Shown: positions 45,151 through 54,853, numbered from the stretch's first letter. The stretch is DNA of 64,000 nt from an uncultured bacterium (GCA_964350245.1 CAYGJC010000001.1:4139-68138), one strand, 5' to 3'. Notes: generated from the letters alone by a model not told the origin. Made by a program: numbers and translations.

Positions 45151-47336
45151 CCCTCTTCTCCAGGATGATGTGAAGGGTATTTCACCCTAGGGTGACTCGC
45201 TGCCAGCAAGGTTTTAACTAGAGTCGCTTTGACAATTCCCAGCTCTTCAAAAGTAAGAAGCGATTCATCAAACTGGCCATCTTCCATTTTTTGTGCAATC
45301 AATGTTTCTACAAGGTTAGAAACCGTCTCCTGATTGAATAAATCCAAACAACGAGAGGCCGCCTCTAGCGTATCGGCAATCATAATAATGGTCGATTCTT
45401 TGGTACGCGGCTTAGGCCCACTATAGCGAAAATCACGCTCCTCGACTTTTCCCTTATCTCCCTTAAGCATCTCTAGTTGTTTGTGATAGAAATAGTAAAC
45501 AAGGGTGGTTCCATGATGTTCTTTAATGACATCGATAAACTGCTCAGGAAGCCCCATTTTTCTAGCCAGTGCCACACCTTCACTCACATGGGCAATGATC
45601 ACTTGCGTCGACTCAAGAGGGGTAAGTAGCTGGTGCATATCCATTCCCCCCAGCTGATTTTCGGTGAAGTATTGTGGGTTAGCCAGCTTGCCAATGTCGT
45701 GATACTGCGTTGAGACACGGCAGAACAGACCATTGGCCCCAATAGCTGAAGCTGCTGCTTCTGACAAGTGTCCCACCACCATTGAGTGCTGGTAGGTCCC
45801 CGGCGCTTCGATAGTCAGTCTACGGAGAAGCTCATTGCTCGGGTCCATGAACTCCATCAAGGTGATATCCGTTAGAATGCGGAAGGTTGACTCAAATACA
45901 GGCAACAAACCGACGACCAATATCGCTGTCATCCCCATGAAGAAAAACGTGCTGGTGAGATCACCGACAAAACTGATGGTGAAGGCTGTATTTTCGTATA
46001 AATTAAACGCGAGTATGACCAACACGCTGGCCAGCCATGCTTTGGCACAGACAACAAAAACCTCCTTACGGCGGCGGATTTTCCGTGCTGTCAAGATCAC
46101 CACCATTGCTGTGATCAGGTTGATGACCAAAAAGGGAATACTCTCTACAGCTAAAGCCATTGCAAATACAATCGCCAGAAAAGCAGAAGCAAACGCCCCA
46201 ATCCGCAGATTCATCAAGCTCGTTAATAAAATCGCTGCAAAGGGAACAAAAAGCGGGAAGCGGACTAAGTCGATGAGATTTGAAGAGGTTTGAATCAACA
46301 GAAGTTCCACTCCCTTGGCTAGTACAAGAGAGAGAGTCAAAATCGTAGCCAAAAGAGCTAGTTTGCGATTCGAATAAAAAATATCTCGGTGGTTTTCAGA
46401 GAGGTAGACACCTGAAATTCCGATGAAAATCAGGGTCATCAACAGGGAGCCTGCCACCGTGATGGGATCGAGCAGATTTCTTTTATGACTCAGCCCCTCT
46501 TTCATCGACTGCAGCATTGAAATATGGCGGGTGGTGACCTTTTCTCCTTTATCGATCAGGCGGTCGCCAGAGCGAATGCGTGTGAACTTTTCCGGGATCT
46601 TATTTTGGGCCAGTTTGCGTAGGGTATACTCGACTCCTTGGTCGATCTCAAAATTCCACGTGATGGGCTCGAAATAGTGAAGGATGAATTGAGAGATGGG
46701 CGCCGGAATCTCCACATCGGAGAAAATTTGTTTTCCGAAGCCCGACCAGAAGAGGATCGGAAGACGCCCCACATTTTCTGCCGGAAAATAGGCGTAGAAA
46801 TCGGGCCTCGTAATGGGAAGCTCATCTTGTGGAAGATCATCAATTTGTTGCAACGTTTTCACATCGGTAAACCGCTTCTGCGCTAGGCCATCGGCAAGGA
46901 GGCTCAGGGCAAGGGCGATGTCATCAAAGGCATTTTCCTGGCTCAGCTTCTCCCATTTTTCATTCCCCACCGGATCGCGGGTGATGTACTTTTGAAAATC
47001 GGTCACCTTTGTGTGGATTTCATCATCTTTGATGCGGTAGATCGTTCCGATTTCATGAGCGGCCTCCTGCTTGAGGATGATCGTAGCTTCTTCGTCCGGA
47101 AAGGCAAAATCAATTTGCGCAACCACATAGCGATTCGCCTCGCCGCCGAGTTCCAACTTTTCGATATAGGTTTCGCGGAAGTGAAGAAAAAGAAAGAGAA
47201 AGAGAGTAAAAAAGCCTCCAATGAGGAGGCGTATAGTAAAGCTTTTATCGAAATAGCTTTGCGCTCGGGAGAAGCGGAGTTCGTTGAGATCCTCTTCTTC
47301 TAACGATTCGTCTGTATCGGAAGAGAGATCATCCAT
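45147..47336 (-). CDS. 7TM-HD (PgpH-like) membrane phosphohydrolase
   Basis: Extracytoplasmic N-terminal domain, seven hydrophobic helices, and a C-terminal HD domain (HSMVVGHLSE, YHDIGKL, EHHGTT). Confidence 0.88.
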   Translation of the reverse strand: MDDLSSDTDESLEEEDLNELRFSRAQSYFDKSFTIRLLIGGFFTLFLFLFLHFRETYIEKLELGGEANRYVVAQIDFAFPDEEATIILKQEAAHEIGTIYRIKDDEIHTKVTDFQKYITRDPVGNEKWEKLSQENAFDDIALALSLLADGLAQKRFTDVKTLQQIDDLPQDELPITRPDFYAYFPAENVGRLPILFWSGFGKQIFSDVEIPAPISQFILHYFEPITWNFEIDQGVEYTLRKLAQNKIPEKFTRIRSGDRLIDKGEKVTTRHISMLQSMKEGLSHKRNLLDPITVAGSLLMTLIFIGISGVYLSENHRDIFYSNRKLALLATILTLSLVLAKGVELLLIQTSSNLIDLVRFPLFVPFAAILLTSLMNLRIGAFASAFLAIVFAMALAVESIPFLVINLITAMVVILTARKIRRRKEVFVVCAKAWLASVLVILAFNLYENTAFTISFVGDLTSTFFFMGMTAILVVGLLPVFESTFRILTDITLMEFMDPSNELLRRLTIEAPGTYQHSMVVGHLSEAAASAIGANGLFCRVSTQYHDIGKLANPQYFTENQLGGMDMHQLLTPLESTQVIIAHVSEGVALARKMGLPEQFIDVIKEHHGTTLVYYFYHKQLEMLKGDKGKVEERDFRYSGPKPRTKESTIIMIADTLEAASRCLDLFNQETVSNLVETLIAQKMEDGQFDESLLTFEELGIVKATLVKTLLAASHPRVKYPSHHPGEEG

Positions 47337-47419
47337 GACATTTAGCGCTCTTTTTCATCCTTTCAGAATAGGAAATTCAGCTTATTTAAGCAAACACTGC
47401 GCATTTTAGCTCTTCTTCT

Positions 47420-47950
47420 ATGGAAAGCACAAATCACTTCCAGCTCATTAAGGAAGCAAAGGATAAGGGGTATTTGATCAATTTAACTTTCCTATGGCTT
47501 TTGAGCCCAGATCTTGCCGTCAAGGGCTGTGTTGAAAAACTTAGGATGCTTAGATTTAGTCAGATTTGGTCGTCAGTTTTTAAGCCGCGAGCGAAAGAGA
47601 TAGCCACAGAGCTACCTCTGAGCGAGCGGCAAAAAAAATGGCGCGCCAAAGATGTCTGAAGATAAGCGTTATAAGTTTTTCAACACAGCCCCGCCAAGCG
47701 CGTTGCCCAACGGGTTTCGCAAGGCGGTCATTTTATCCCACAAGAAACAATTGTTCGACGCTATCATCTTGGGATAAAAAATTTAATAAAATATTATTTA
47801 CCTCTTGCAGATAGTTCGTTAATTATCGATAATTCTGTTGGAAAATCTCGCAGAATTATTATACAGGCGACAAGCAAGCGATTAGTGGTAAAGGACCCTC
47901 TTATCTGGAAACAAATTCAAGAACGGTATGAAAAACTCTCAGATCAATAA
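47420..47950 (+). pseudogene. remnant of a zeta-toxin-like / COG4185-type P-loop ATPase gene: 5'-truncated and interrupted by a MITE
   Basis: Left part ESTNHFQLIKEAKDKGYLINLTFLWLLSPDLAVK (to 47524). Right part RVAQRVSQGGHFIPQETIVRRYHLGIKNLIKYYLPLADSSLIIDNS... (47699-47950, same frame). The joined sequence matches the C-terminal two thirds of this ATPase family. No Walker A coding sequence lies upstream: there is an in-frame TAA at 47387-47389. Confidence 0.7.
47525..47690. mobile_element. miniature inverted-repeat element (MITE-like, non-autonomous), 166-168 bp
   Basis: GGGCTGTGTTGAAAAACTTA (47524-47543) is the exact reverse complement of TAAGTTTTTCAACACAGCCC (47672-47691). The flanks are CCGTCAAG (47517-47524) and CCGCCAAG (47691-47698), an 8 bp direct repeat with 1 mismatch. 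The element has no ORF of transposase size. Removing 47525-47698 restores the host reading frame. Confidence 0.65.
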
Positions 47951-48119
47951 ACTTCTTTTAGAGGCTCACGACCGAAGCGTAGAGTTGGCTATCGATACTT
48001 CTATTCGTACGGGTGTCCCTCTCGTAGTAGAGAAGAATGGCAAAATCATCGAAATCCAACCTAAGTACGAGTACGTTCGCATTCCTCTCAAGAAGCCAAA
48101 AAAGAAAAAAGGCAAGTAG
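47928..48119 (+). CDS. small hypothetical protein with a lysine-rich tail, possibly a partner of the decayed ATPase
   Basis: 63 aa ORF whose start overlaps the last 23 nt of the pseudogene. KLLLEAHDRSVELAIDTSIRTGVPLVVEKNGKIIEI resembles small antitoxin-like partners (from memory only). Tail KKPKKKKGK. Confidence 0.4.
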   Translation: MKNSQINKLLLEAHDRSVELAIDTSIRTGVPLVVEKNGKIIEIQPKYEYVRIPLKKPKKKKGK

Positions 48120-48177
48120 ATACTCTCTTTCTAAAAAACTTCAAATCGATCAGGGCATTTGCTATACTCCCTAACTT

Positions 48178-49491
48178 ATGCCTGAATATCAAGTTTTAGC
48201 TCGAAAGTACCGCCCTCAGCTATTTAAGGACGTCGCCAGCCAAGAGGCTATTGTCACCACCCTTAAAAACGCCATACACATGCGCAGAACGGCCCACGCC
48301 TACCTCTTCTGCGGTTGTCGAGGAACAGGAAAAACGACACTGGCCCGCCTCTTTGCCAAAGCGCTTAACTGCAAAAACCTCTCCAGCGAAGGCGAGCCGT
48401 GCAACGTCTGCTCATCCTGCAAAGAAATTGCGGCCGGACACGCAATTGATGTGCTTGAAATCGACGGCGCCTCTCATCGTGGAATTGAAGACATTCGGCA
48501 AATCAACGAAACGATTGGCTTTACTCCGACAAACGGCAAATACAAAATTTACTTGATCGACGAGGTGCACATGTTGACCAAGGAGGCGTTTAACGCCCTC
48601 CTAAAGACCTTGGAAGAGCCACCCTCACACGCCAAATTCTTCTTTGCCACCACCGAACCACATAAAATCCCTGCTACCATTTTAAGCCGCTGCCAACGCT
48701 TTAACCTTAGTCGGATTCCTCTAGATAAAATCTGTCAAACCTTAGCTTCAATTGCACGTGATCTTGAAGTGGAGGTGCAGGAAGAGGCTCTGCTCACAAT
48801 AGCAGAGATGAGTGAAGGAAGCCTGCGGGATGCCTCCTCTCTTTTTGATCAGGTGATCGCCTATCAAAAAACACCGATCACACAAGAGGTGGTGAGTGAT
48901 GTCTTGGGTTTACCTTCTCGCGATGTCCTCTTTTTACTCGACAAGGCAGGCAGCCAAAAAGACTTTGGGGCCACTTTTCAAATTGCACATGATGTCTTTA
49001 GCCAGGGGAAAAACCTTGGCTTTTTTCTGGAAGAGCTTGTACAGCATTTCCGTACACTTTTTTTACTCAAAAATGGTGTGCCCTACAAGGGACGGGATCA
49101 AAAAAAATACGTGCAGTCAGTCAAACTCTATCGAGATGATCAGCTTTTACAGATTTTAGAAATTCTCACAGAAGCGCAGCAAAACATCAAGTTTGCTATC
49201 TCTGAAAAGACGGCTTTAGAAATGCTTCTGCTGCGCATTGTGCGCACACATCAACGGATCTCAATTGATCAGTTAGTCGAGCGGCTCGTTTCACTAGAAG
49301 CGCGCCTCGATCAACCGGTAGTTGAGGTGCCCCCTACAAAAGTTTCTCCTCCAACTCCCAAGCCCGTACCCAAAGCCCCTGTCTCTGCTCCCACTCCACA
49401 ACCAGTTGGGGTGAAAGAGCAGAGTCATTTTGATACGTTAATGCGCTTTGCAGCGAAGGAGCTGAGTGGATCATTTAAAAAGGAGTCATAA
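48178..49491 (+). CDS. dnaX: DNA polymerase III gamma/tau subunit
   Basis: YRPQLFKDV, P-loop GCRGTGKTTLARL, zinc module CNVCSSCKEI, DEVHML and the SRCQRF sensor motif. Confidence 0.95.
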   Translation: MPEYQVLARKYRPQLFKDVASQEAIVTTLKNAIHMRRTAHAYLFCGCRGTGKTTLARLFAKALNCKNLSSEGEPCNVCSSCKEIAAGHAIDVLEIDGASHRGIEDIRQINETIGFTPTNGKYKIYLIDEVHMLTKEAFNALLKTLEEPPSHAKFFFATTEPHKIPATILSRCQRFNLSRIPLDKICQTLASIARDLEVEVQEEALLTIAEMSEGSLRDASSLFDQVIAYQKTPITQEVVSDVLGLPSRDVLFLLDKAGSQKDFGATFQIAHDVFSQGKNLGFFLEELVQHFRTLFLLKNGVPYKGRDQKKYVQSVKLYRDDQLLQILEILTEAQQNIKFAISEKTALEMLLLRIVRTHQRISIDQLVERLVSLEARLDQPVVEVPPTKVSPPTPKPVPKAPVSAPTPQPVGVKEQSHFDTLMRFAAKELSGSFKKES

Positions 49492-49799
49492 TGGGTAGCG
49501 GTTTCGCTAAGAAGAAAAAAGAAGCTAAGTTGCTTCAGCAGAAGTTTGAAGAGATGCAAGCCAAAATGAAGGACGAAAAAGTCACAGGCACAGCCGGCAA
49601 TGGCTTGGTGAGTATCACGTTGAACGGAGAACATGAAATGCTGGAAGCCAAAATCAAGCCTGAATGTGTCGATCCTGATGACGTTGAAGGGCTGGAAGAT
49701 CTCATTCGAGCAGCCTACAACGATGCGGCCAAACAATTAGAGAAAAGCTCTAATGAGCTTGGAGGTGGCTTTCCCGGCATGGGTGGGTTCGGATTTTAA
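49491..49799 (+). CDS. ybaB: YbaB/EbfC nucleoid-associated protein
   Basis: GTAGNGLVSITLNGEHEMLEAKIKPECVDPDDVEGLEDLIRAAYNDA is typical of YbaB. TAATG overlap with dnaX. Confidence 0.92.
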   Translation: MGSGFAKKKKEAKLLQQKFEEMQAKMKDEKVTGTAGNGLVSITLNGEHEMLEAKIKPECVDPDDVEGLEDLIRAAYNDAAKQLEKSSNELGGGFPGMGGFGF

Positions 49800-51550
49800 A
49801 AATCGGCTTGAAGCTTACGGTAAGCCTCTTCTAAGACCGCCTCTACCTCCTGAGCGGTCGACAAGGTTAGGATATGCTCGGTCATTTTGCGGGACTCAAT
49901 GATAGATAAGCGCCGCACGACGTTTTTCACAACAGGAAGTGCCGGTGACGATACAGAAAGATCGTGTACACCTAAGCCTAAAAGCAGGGCTGTATAGCGG
50001 GGATCCGCTGCTATTTCTCCACACACAGAGACCGGTTTTTCTGCTCGGTTCCCCTCTTCTACAACCATTTTGATTAGCCGCACAATACTGGGATGAGCCG
50101 GGGTATAGAGATAACTCATTGCCGGGTTGCCCCTGTCGACTGCAAGGGAATACTGCACCAAATCATTGGTCCCAATCGAAAGAAAGTCGCACTCTTTGGC
50201 TAAAATGTCACACGTGATGGCAGCCGAGGGCACTTCAATCATGCAACCAATTGGAATGTTACGCGCAAAAGGAACGGCTTTATCTTGCAGTTCTTGCTTG
50301 GCCTCCTCCACAATCGCCTTAGCCTCTCTTAGTTCAAGAACACCGGAAATCATAGGAAAGAGAATACTGACCTCTCCGAAAGCACTCGCTCTTAAGATGG
50401 CACGTATTTGCGTTTTAAATACGGTTCTCTCTTTAAGCATCAAACGAATAGCTCTACACCCTAAGTAGGGGTTTTTCTCATAACGGCTGAGATGAAAGTT
50501 ACCTAATTTATCTCCACCGATATCAAAAGTACGGATCACAGAAGGGTGGTTGCCGACTTTTTCCACAATGCTCCGGTAAACTAAAAACTGCTCATCTTCG
50601 CAGGGGAAGACCTCGCGCGCCAAAAAGAGATATTCTGAGCGGAATAACCCTACTCCCTCTCCCCCATACTGCTGTAGGGTGTCGAGTTCATTAAACATCT
50701 CGATATTTGCAGAGAGATGCGTTCTATACCCATCGATGGTTTCTGCATCAAGAGAGCCCGACTGCTGCAATCCCTTTACATGACTTTTTAACTTTTTTCC
50801 TTCGCTTTTGTAGTGGGCAAGGGTCTCTTTGGTAGGATTTAAAATCACTTCGCCCGACCCTCCATCCACAATAATCAGTGGAGTAGCAGAAACAGAGAGC
50901 TCAGGAAAATCGACATTGGAAACAAAAGGGATCCCTTTGGCTCTAGCCATAATGGCAACATGGGAGGTTTCCGCTCCACTTCGTGTGACAAAGGCTTCAA
51001 TGACATCTGTATTCGCCTCAGCAGTGTCGGAAGGCGAAAGCTCATGAGCAAATACAATAGAGCGGAAGCGAAGCTGAGCGAGTGTACAGCGCTCATGCTC
51101 ACGCAAGTGGCCAAAAATGCGGCGGGAAATATCCTGAAAATCCTTTAACCTTTCCCGGAAAAAAACATCCGTGATTTTCTGAAATTTCTGTTCATACTCA
51201 CCAATCACTGTCTTAAAAACATACTCGGTATTCTTTCCCTTTTGCCGAATGGCTTCTTCCATCTGCACGGTCATGAAAGGATCCCGCATCATCTCTAGGT
51301 GAGCCCCTAAAATAGCTGCTGCTTCATTCCCCCCCTCTTTTTGCATCCGCTGTTGTAAGGAAAGAAGATCTTTTCTAGAACTGCTCAGTGCACTGTAATA
51401 GCGGTTGACCTCATGCTCAATTTTGTCATCAGGAACAGAGAATTCAGGAACATTTTCTTCAGCAACCGTAAAAAAGAAGGGGCGCCCAATCGCAATTCCA
51501 GGGCAGATCGGGTAGCCTTTCAGACGTATTTCTTGGGTATTTTTACGCAT
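49796..51550 (-). CDS. ptsI: phosphoenolpyruvate-protein phosphotransferase (PTS enzyme I)
   Basis: Phospho-histidine region GAETSHVAIMARAKGIP. PEP-binding domain GTNDLVQYSLAVDR. CGEIAADP near the C-terminus. Confidence 0.95.
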   Translation of the reverse strand: MRKNTQEIRLKGYPICPGIAIGRPFFFTVAEENVPEFSVPDDKIEHEVNRYYSALSSSRKDLLSLQQRMQKEGGNEAAAILGAHLEMMRDPFMTVQMEEAIRQKGKNTEYVFKTVIGEYEQKFQKITDVFFRERLKDFQDISRRIFGHLREHERCTLAQLRFRSIVFAHELSPSDTAEANTDVIEAFVTRSGAETSHVAIMARAKGIPFVSNVDFPELSVSATPLIIVDGGSGEVILNPTKETLAHYKSEGKKLKSHVKGLQQSGSLDAETIDGYRTHLSANIEMFNELDTLQQYGGEGVGLFRSEYLFLAREVFPCEDEQFLVYRSIVEKVGNHPSVIRTFDIGGDKLGNFHLSRYEKNPYLGCRAIRLMLKERTVFKTQIRAILRASAFGEVSILFPMISGVLELREAKAIVEEAKQELQDKAVPFARNIPIGCMIEVPSAAITCDILAKECDFLSIGTNDLVQYSLAVDRGNPAMSYLYTPAHPSIVRLIKMVVEEGNRAEKPVSVCGEIAADPRYTALLLGLGVHDLSVSSPALPVVKNVVRRLSIIESRKMTEHILTLSTAQEVEAVLEEAYRKLQADF

Positions 51551-51834
51551 TAGCTTCCATCCTCACCAAAACGACTCTCAAAGCACTCCTCGAGCCGCTT
51601 CATCGTCTCTTCAGCATCTACCCCAGTCACCGTTACCGTAATCTGTGCATTTTTAGGGGCCGCCAACATTAATATATTCAAAATACTCCTTGCATCGATT
51701 GTCTGCTTTTTATAAGAGAAAGTCACCTCACTTCTACACTCTTGTAACAGTTTAACAATTAATGTTGCGGGGCGCGTATGCAAACCGAGTTCGTTTACAA
51801 CACGGATTTTTCGGGTCAACATCTGATCACTCAT
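51550..51834 (-). CDS. ptsH: phosphocarrier protein HPr
   Basis: His-15 context GLHTRPAT and Ser-46 context ARSILNILML. Confidence 0.93.
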   Translation of the reverse strand: MSDQMLTRKIRVVNELGLHTRPATLIVKLLQECRSEVTFSYKKQTIDARSILNILMLAAPKNAQITVTVTGVDAEETMKRLEECFESRFGEDGS

Positions 51835-51902
51835 GAACGTTTTTTACCTTATCGGCTACATCATCCCACACTTCTAGCTTCACGACAATATTAAGATTTT
51901 TT

Positions 51903-52724
51903 TTAAATGTGCCAAATGTCCTCTAAGTAGAAAACCAACCAGGCAAGAAATGTCGAAAAAGCGAGATTCTCTTCTAAACGTGCGTGATCGAAAAAGTTGC
52001 TAAGCGTCCGGTCATTTTCAGAAAAATAGAGGTTGCCCATCTCCTTTTCGGGATACCAGTCAGCATAAAAGCACTGATAACAATGCAATCCAAATGATTC
52101 ATAAAAAGGAATCAAACTTGAAGGATCGATTACTTGTCCATCCGGACGCACGAACACCTCTTCGGCAAGCAAATGCTGCAAGTGCTGAAATGTGCGCGCC
52201 ATCGTACGCGATCTAAGTACTCCTGTGTCCGTATACTTACAAAAACCATCATGCACCTGCAAAAAGGCAAGATAATCAGGAGGAAGCTGCACGTGCGCAA
52301 ACTGCTTGATCAGACTATCCAAAGCAGTCTCTGTGGCTGGGGGGCTCCCATGAAAAAAGCCTGCAGCCTCTTTCAGGCTGTAGACCATATGGACATCAAA
52401 TAGTTGATCTGACTTCTCTTGAGTAGCAAAGATTTCGATGGTATCCAAGCTTTCAAAAAACGTGTAGAGCCGCTCTTCCAAGTGGCTCTCATTAGGGGAA
52501 ATAAAGGGTATTTTTGCCAACCAAAATTCACGGGTAAATTCAATCCGGTCTTCTGCTGGCAAACGACTTAGCTCGTACCAACCTCTCGGTAAAAGGGGGA
52601 CCTGCTGCGCTAGTTCCTGCCAGTCAAGACTAGGTTCATCGTGAAGAGCGATCACTTGATGAAAGTGTCTATTTGATTTGCCGTCATCATAAATTTCATG
52701 AAAATGTTCACTCATAGGATGCAT
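51903..52724 (-). CDS. hypothetical protein with a SMI1/KNR4 (SUKH)-like segment
   Basis: QLPPDYLAFLQVHDGF resembles the hallmark LPxDYxxFLxxxNG motif of SUKH domains. The rest was not recognised. Confidence 0.55.
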   Translation of the reverse strand: MHPMSEHFHEIYDDGKSNRHFHQVIALHDEPSLDWQELAQQVPLLPRGWYELSRLPAEDRIEFTREFWLAKIPFISPNESHLEERLYTFFESLDTIEIFATQEKSDQLFDVHMVYSLKEAAGFFHGSPPATETALDSLIKQFAHVQLPPDYLAFLQVHDGFCKYTDTGVLRSRTMARTFQHLQHLLAEEVFVRPDGQVIDPSSLIPFYESFGLHCYQCFYADWYPEKEMGNLYFSENDRTLSNFFDHARLEENLAFSTFLAWLVFYLEDIWHI

Positions 52725-52747
52725 CAGTATACAATTTTTTCAGAATT

Positions 52748-54154
52748 ATGGAACGCACGTTTTTTTGGCAGCGCCATCCCGCTCTTTTATGCGGCCTAAC
52801 CCTTTTACTCAGCACCCTGTTTGTGCTGAAGACTCCTTATGCTGCCCTCCCTGTTTTGCTTTTCCTCGACAAAAAACATGTCGGAATTGTCACCCTTCTT
52901 TTTTTGCTGCCCATCGCCTATCTCTACCAAGCCTATACCTTTCCCCCTTCTGGAACTTCTCTCAACGGGACCTTCTCCATTCAGTCGATTACCGAAAGCA
53001 AAGGATTTCCACAAGGATGGGTCTATCGAGGGCTTTTAAAAACAGAAAAGGGGCGTCTGCAGTGTCAAATTCGCAGTAAAGAGCACTACAAAGCCGATCG
53101 CGCCTACCGTGTTTCCGGTTTAGCCTTCACACAAAATGAACGCTTCTATTACATCAAACCAATCCACTGGGAACCCATTCCACACACCTTTAGCTTTGCA
53201 GAGTGGCGCTTGCATGCAAAAAAGTGGGTTCAGCTCTACATCGAGCGGAAAATCAAAGGTCCCAGAGCCGCACTCTTTTTAATCGGTATGGTCACAGGCA
53301 GCCTAGAAGATCCTATGATGCTGCAAGAATTTGGTCATCTAGGTCTCTCCCACATCATGGCCATCTCCGGCTTTCATTTTGCCCTTTTGACCCTCGCTCT
53401 TCATCTTATTTTGCGCCTTTTTCTTCCGCCCAAACCAGAAGCCTTGCTCCTCATGGGAGCACTCACTATCTATCTCCTCTTTATCGGAGAGAGCCCTTCT
53501 ATCCAAAGAGCATGGATCGTGGCCATGGTTTTTCTCCTCGGGAGGCTACTTGAACGCCCTCCCAATCCCCTCAACTCGCTTGGTGTGGCTCTTTGCCTGG
53601 CCATCGCCCTGAACCCTCTCTCCGCCATAACGTTGAGCTTTCAACTCAGCTTTTTAGCAACCGGGGGCATTCTTCTTTTCTACAAGCCTCTCAATCAACT
53701 TCTTCTGCTTTGGATCCCCAAATATCCCCTCAAAGATATTGTTGAGCGTCCCCTTTTCTGGCAGCACGCCTACTTTTTTTCTGCTCTCACTCGTGAAGCG
53801 CTAGCACTGACCCTTTCTGTCCACCTCACTCTACTTCCCCTCCTCATCGCTTTTTTTCACACCTTTTCTCTTAACAGCCTGATCTACAATCTCTTTTTCC
53901 CATTCTGTGCTAGTCTTGCTCTTTTTCTTTTTCTGCTCGGCATTTTAACAGGAGGGCTCTTGCACCCCTTAAATAGTTGGTACTGTGAGCATTTGCTTAC
54001 TCTTACTGAATCTCCTCCCCTACTCTTTAAAACATTCTATATTGAAAACACTTCAGTTTTACTCACAATAATTTACATAATTTTTCTGTTTATATCGCTA
54101 ATTTGTTACAATTGTTATTATGACAAAACCCATCGGCGAGACGAGTTCTGGTGA
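52748..54154 (+). CDS. comEC: ComEC/Rec2-family membrane protein (competence domain only)
   Basis: Polytopic. Core motif GLSHIMAISGFHFALL. Confidence 0.85.
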   Translation: MERTFFWQRHPALLCGLTLLLSTLFVLKTPYAALPVLLFLDKKHVGIVTLLFLLPIAYLYQAYTFPPSGTSLNGTFSIQSITESKGFPQGWVYRGLLKTEKGRLQCQIRSKEHYKADRAYRVSGLAFTQNERFYYIKPIHWEPIPHTFSFAEWRLHAKKWVQLYIERKIKGPRAALFLIGMVTGSLEDPMMLQEFGHLGLSHIMAISGFHFALLTLALHLILRLFLPPKPEALLLMGALTIYLLFIGESPSIQRAWIVAMVFLLGRLLERPPNPLNSLGVALCLAIALNPLSAITLSFQLSFLATGGILLFYKPLNQLLLLWIPKYPLKDIVERPLFWQHAYFFSALTREALALTLSVHLTLLPLLIAFFHTFSLNSLIYNLFFPFCASLALFLFLLGILTGGLLHPLNSWYCEHLLTLTESPPLLFKTFYIENTSVLLTIIYIIFLFISLICYNCYYDKTHRRDEFW

Positions 54155-54337
54155 TAGACAGGCCCCTCTTTCAGGGACGCGAGTGCGTAAGGGAGCCTAT
54201 TTATTTGATGCGCAGCCTGCCAAGAGCACTTCAATCACGAACGCAACGGCGCAGTTTGCTCTTCATGCGCCGTTACTAGGACACAATATTGCAGCGATGC
54301 ACGCCGGCATCCCTACTGCTTTCAAAGGAATAGACAA

Positions 54338-54853
54338 CTAAAGGAAGTATAAATAGAGAAGAGCGGCAATCGTTTTAGCATCGCGAATCTCGCCGCTTCG
54401 AATCATCTCATGCGCATGCTTGAGTGAAGTGGGCACCACCTCAATTTTCTCTGTAGCATCGAGGTTCTGCCCCACATGTTTGAGATCCTTGGCCACAAAC
54501 ACAAAGAGCTTCTCATTGCAGAATCCGGGAGTGGAATAGCACTCAAAAAGAGGGGAAAGAGCCCCGGAGCGGTATCCTGTCTCCTCTTCTAGCTCACGCC
54601 CTGCGCATGCAAGCGGATCCTCACCTGCTTCTAGTGTTCCTGCCGGCAGCTCCCACAAGGTCTCTTGGACCACATAGCGCTCATTGCGAATCAAAATCAC
54701 CTGATCATCACTCAAAAGGGGCAAAATGACCACGGCACCGGGGTGGTCAACGACTTCACGTTGGATCGTACCCCCGTGAGGATGTTCTACATCAATTGAA
54801 AGAAGATCTACCCGTTTTCCCTTAAACAGAACTTGCGGATTCGTATAGTGCAT
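54338..54853 (-). CDS. Nudix hydrolase (ADP-ribose pyrophosphatase-like)
   Basis: Nudix box GTLEAGEDPLACAGRELEEETGY. Confidence 0.88.
   Translation of the reverse strand: MHYTNPQVLFKGKRVDLLSIDVEHPHGGTIQREVVDHPGAVVILPLLSDDQVILIRNERYVVQETLWELPAGTLEAGEDPLACAGRELEEETGYRSGALSPLFECYSTPGFCNEKLFVFVAKDLKHVGQNLDATEKIEVVPTSLKHAHEMIRSGEIRDAKTIAALLYLYFL

Noticed and set aside
49099-49140. Possible -1 frameshift site in dnaX. CAA AAA AAA contains the slippery heptamer A AAA AAA, and the -1 frame terminates 10 codons later, as in E. coli gamma/tau.
   Set aside because: I see no stimulatory hairpin downstream. The shift would truncate the protein at about residue 310, inside domain III. A-runs are common in this genome. 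It would only merit testing if proteomics showed a shorter DnaX.
54120-54341. 73 aa plus-strand ORF in the comEC/Nudix convergent spacer
   Set aside because: It has no RBS, overlaps the comEC end and has no family resemblance. I also looked for a tRNA or other structured RNA in 54155-54337 and found only a weak 6 bp stem (GGCGCA...TGCGCC).
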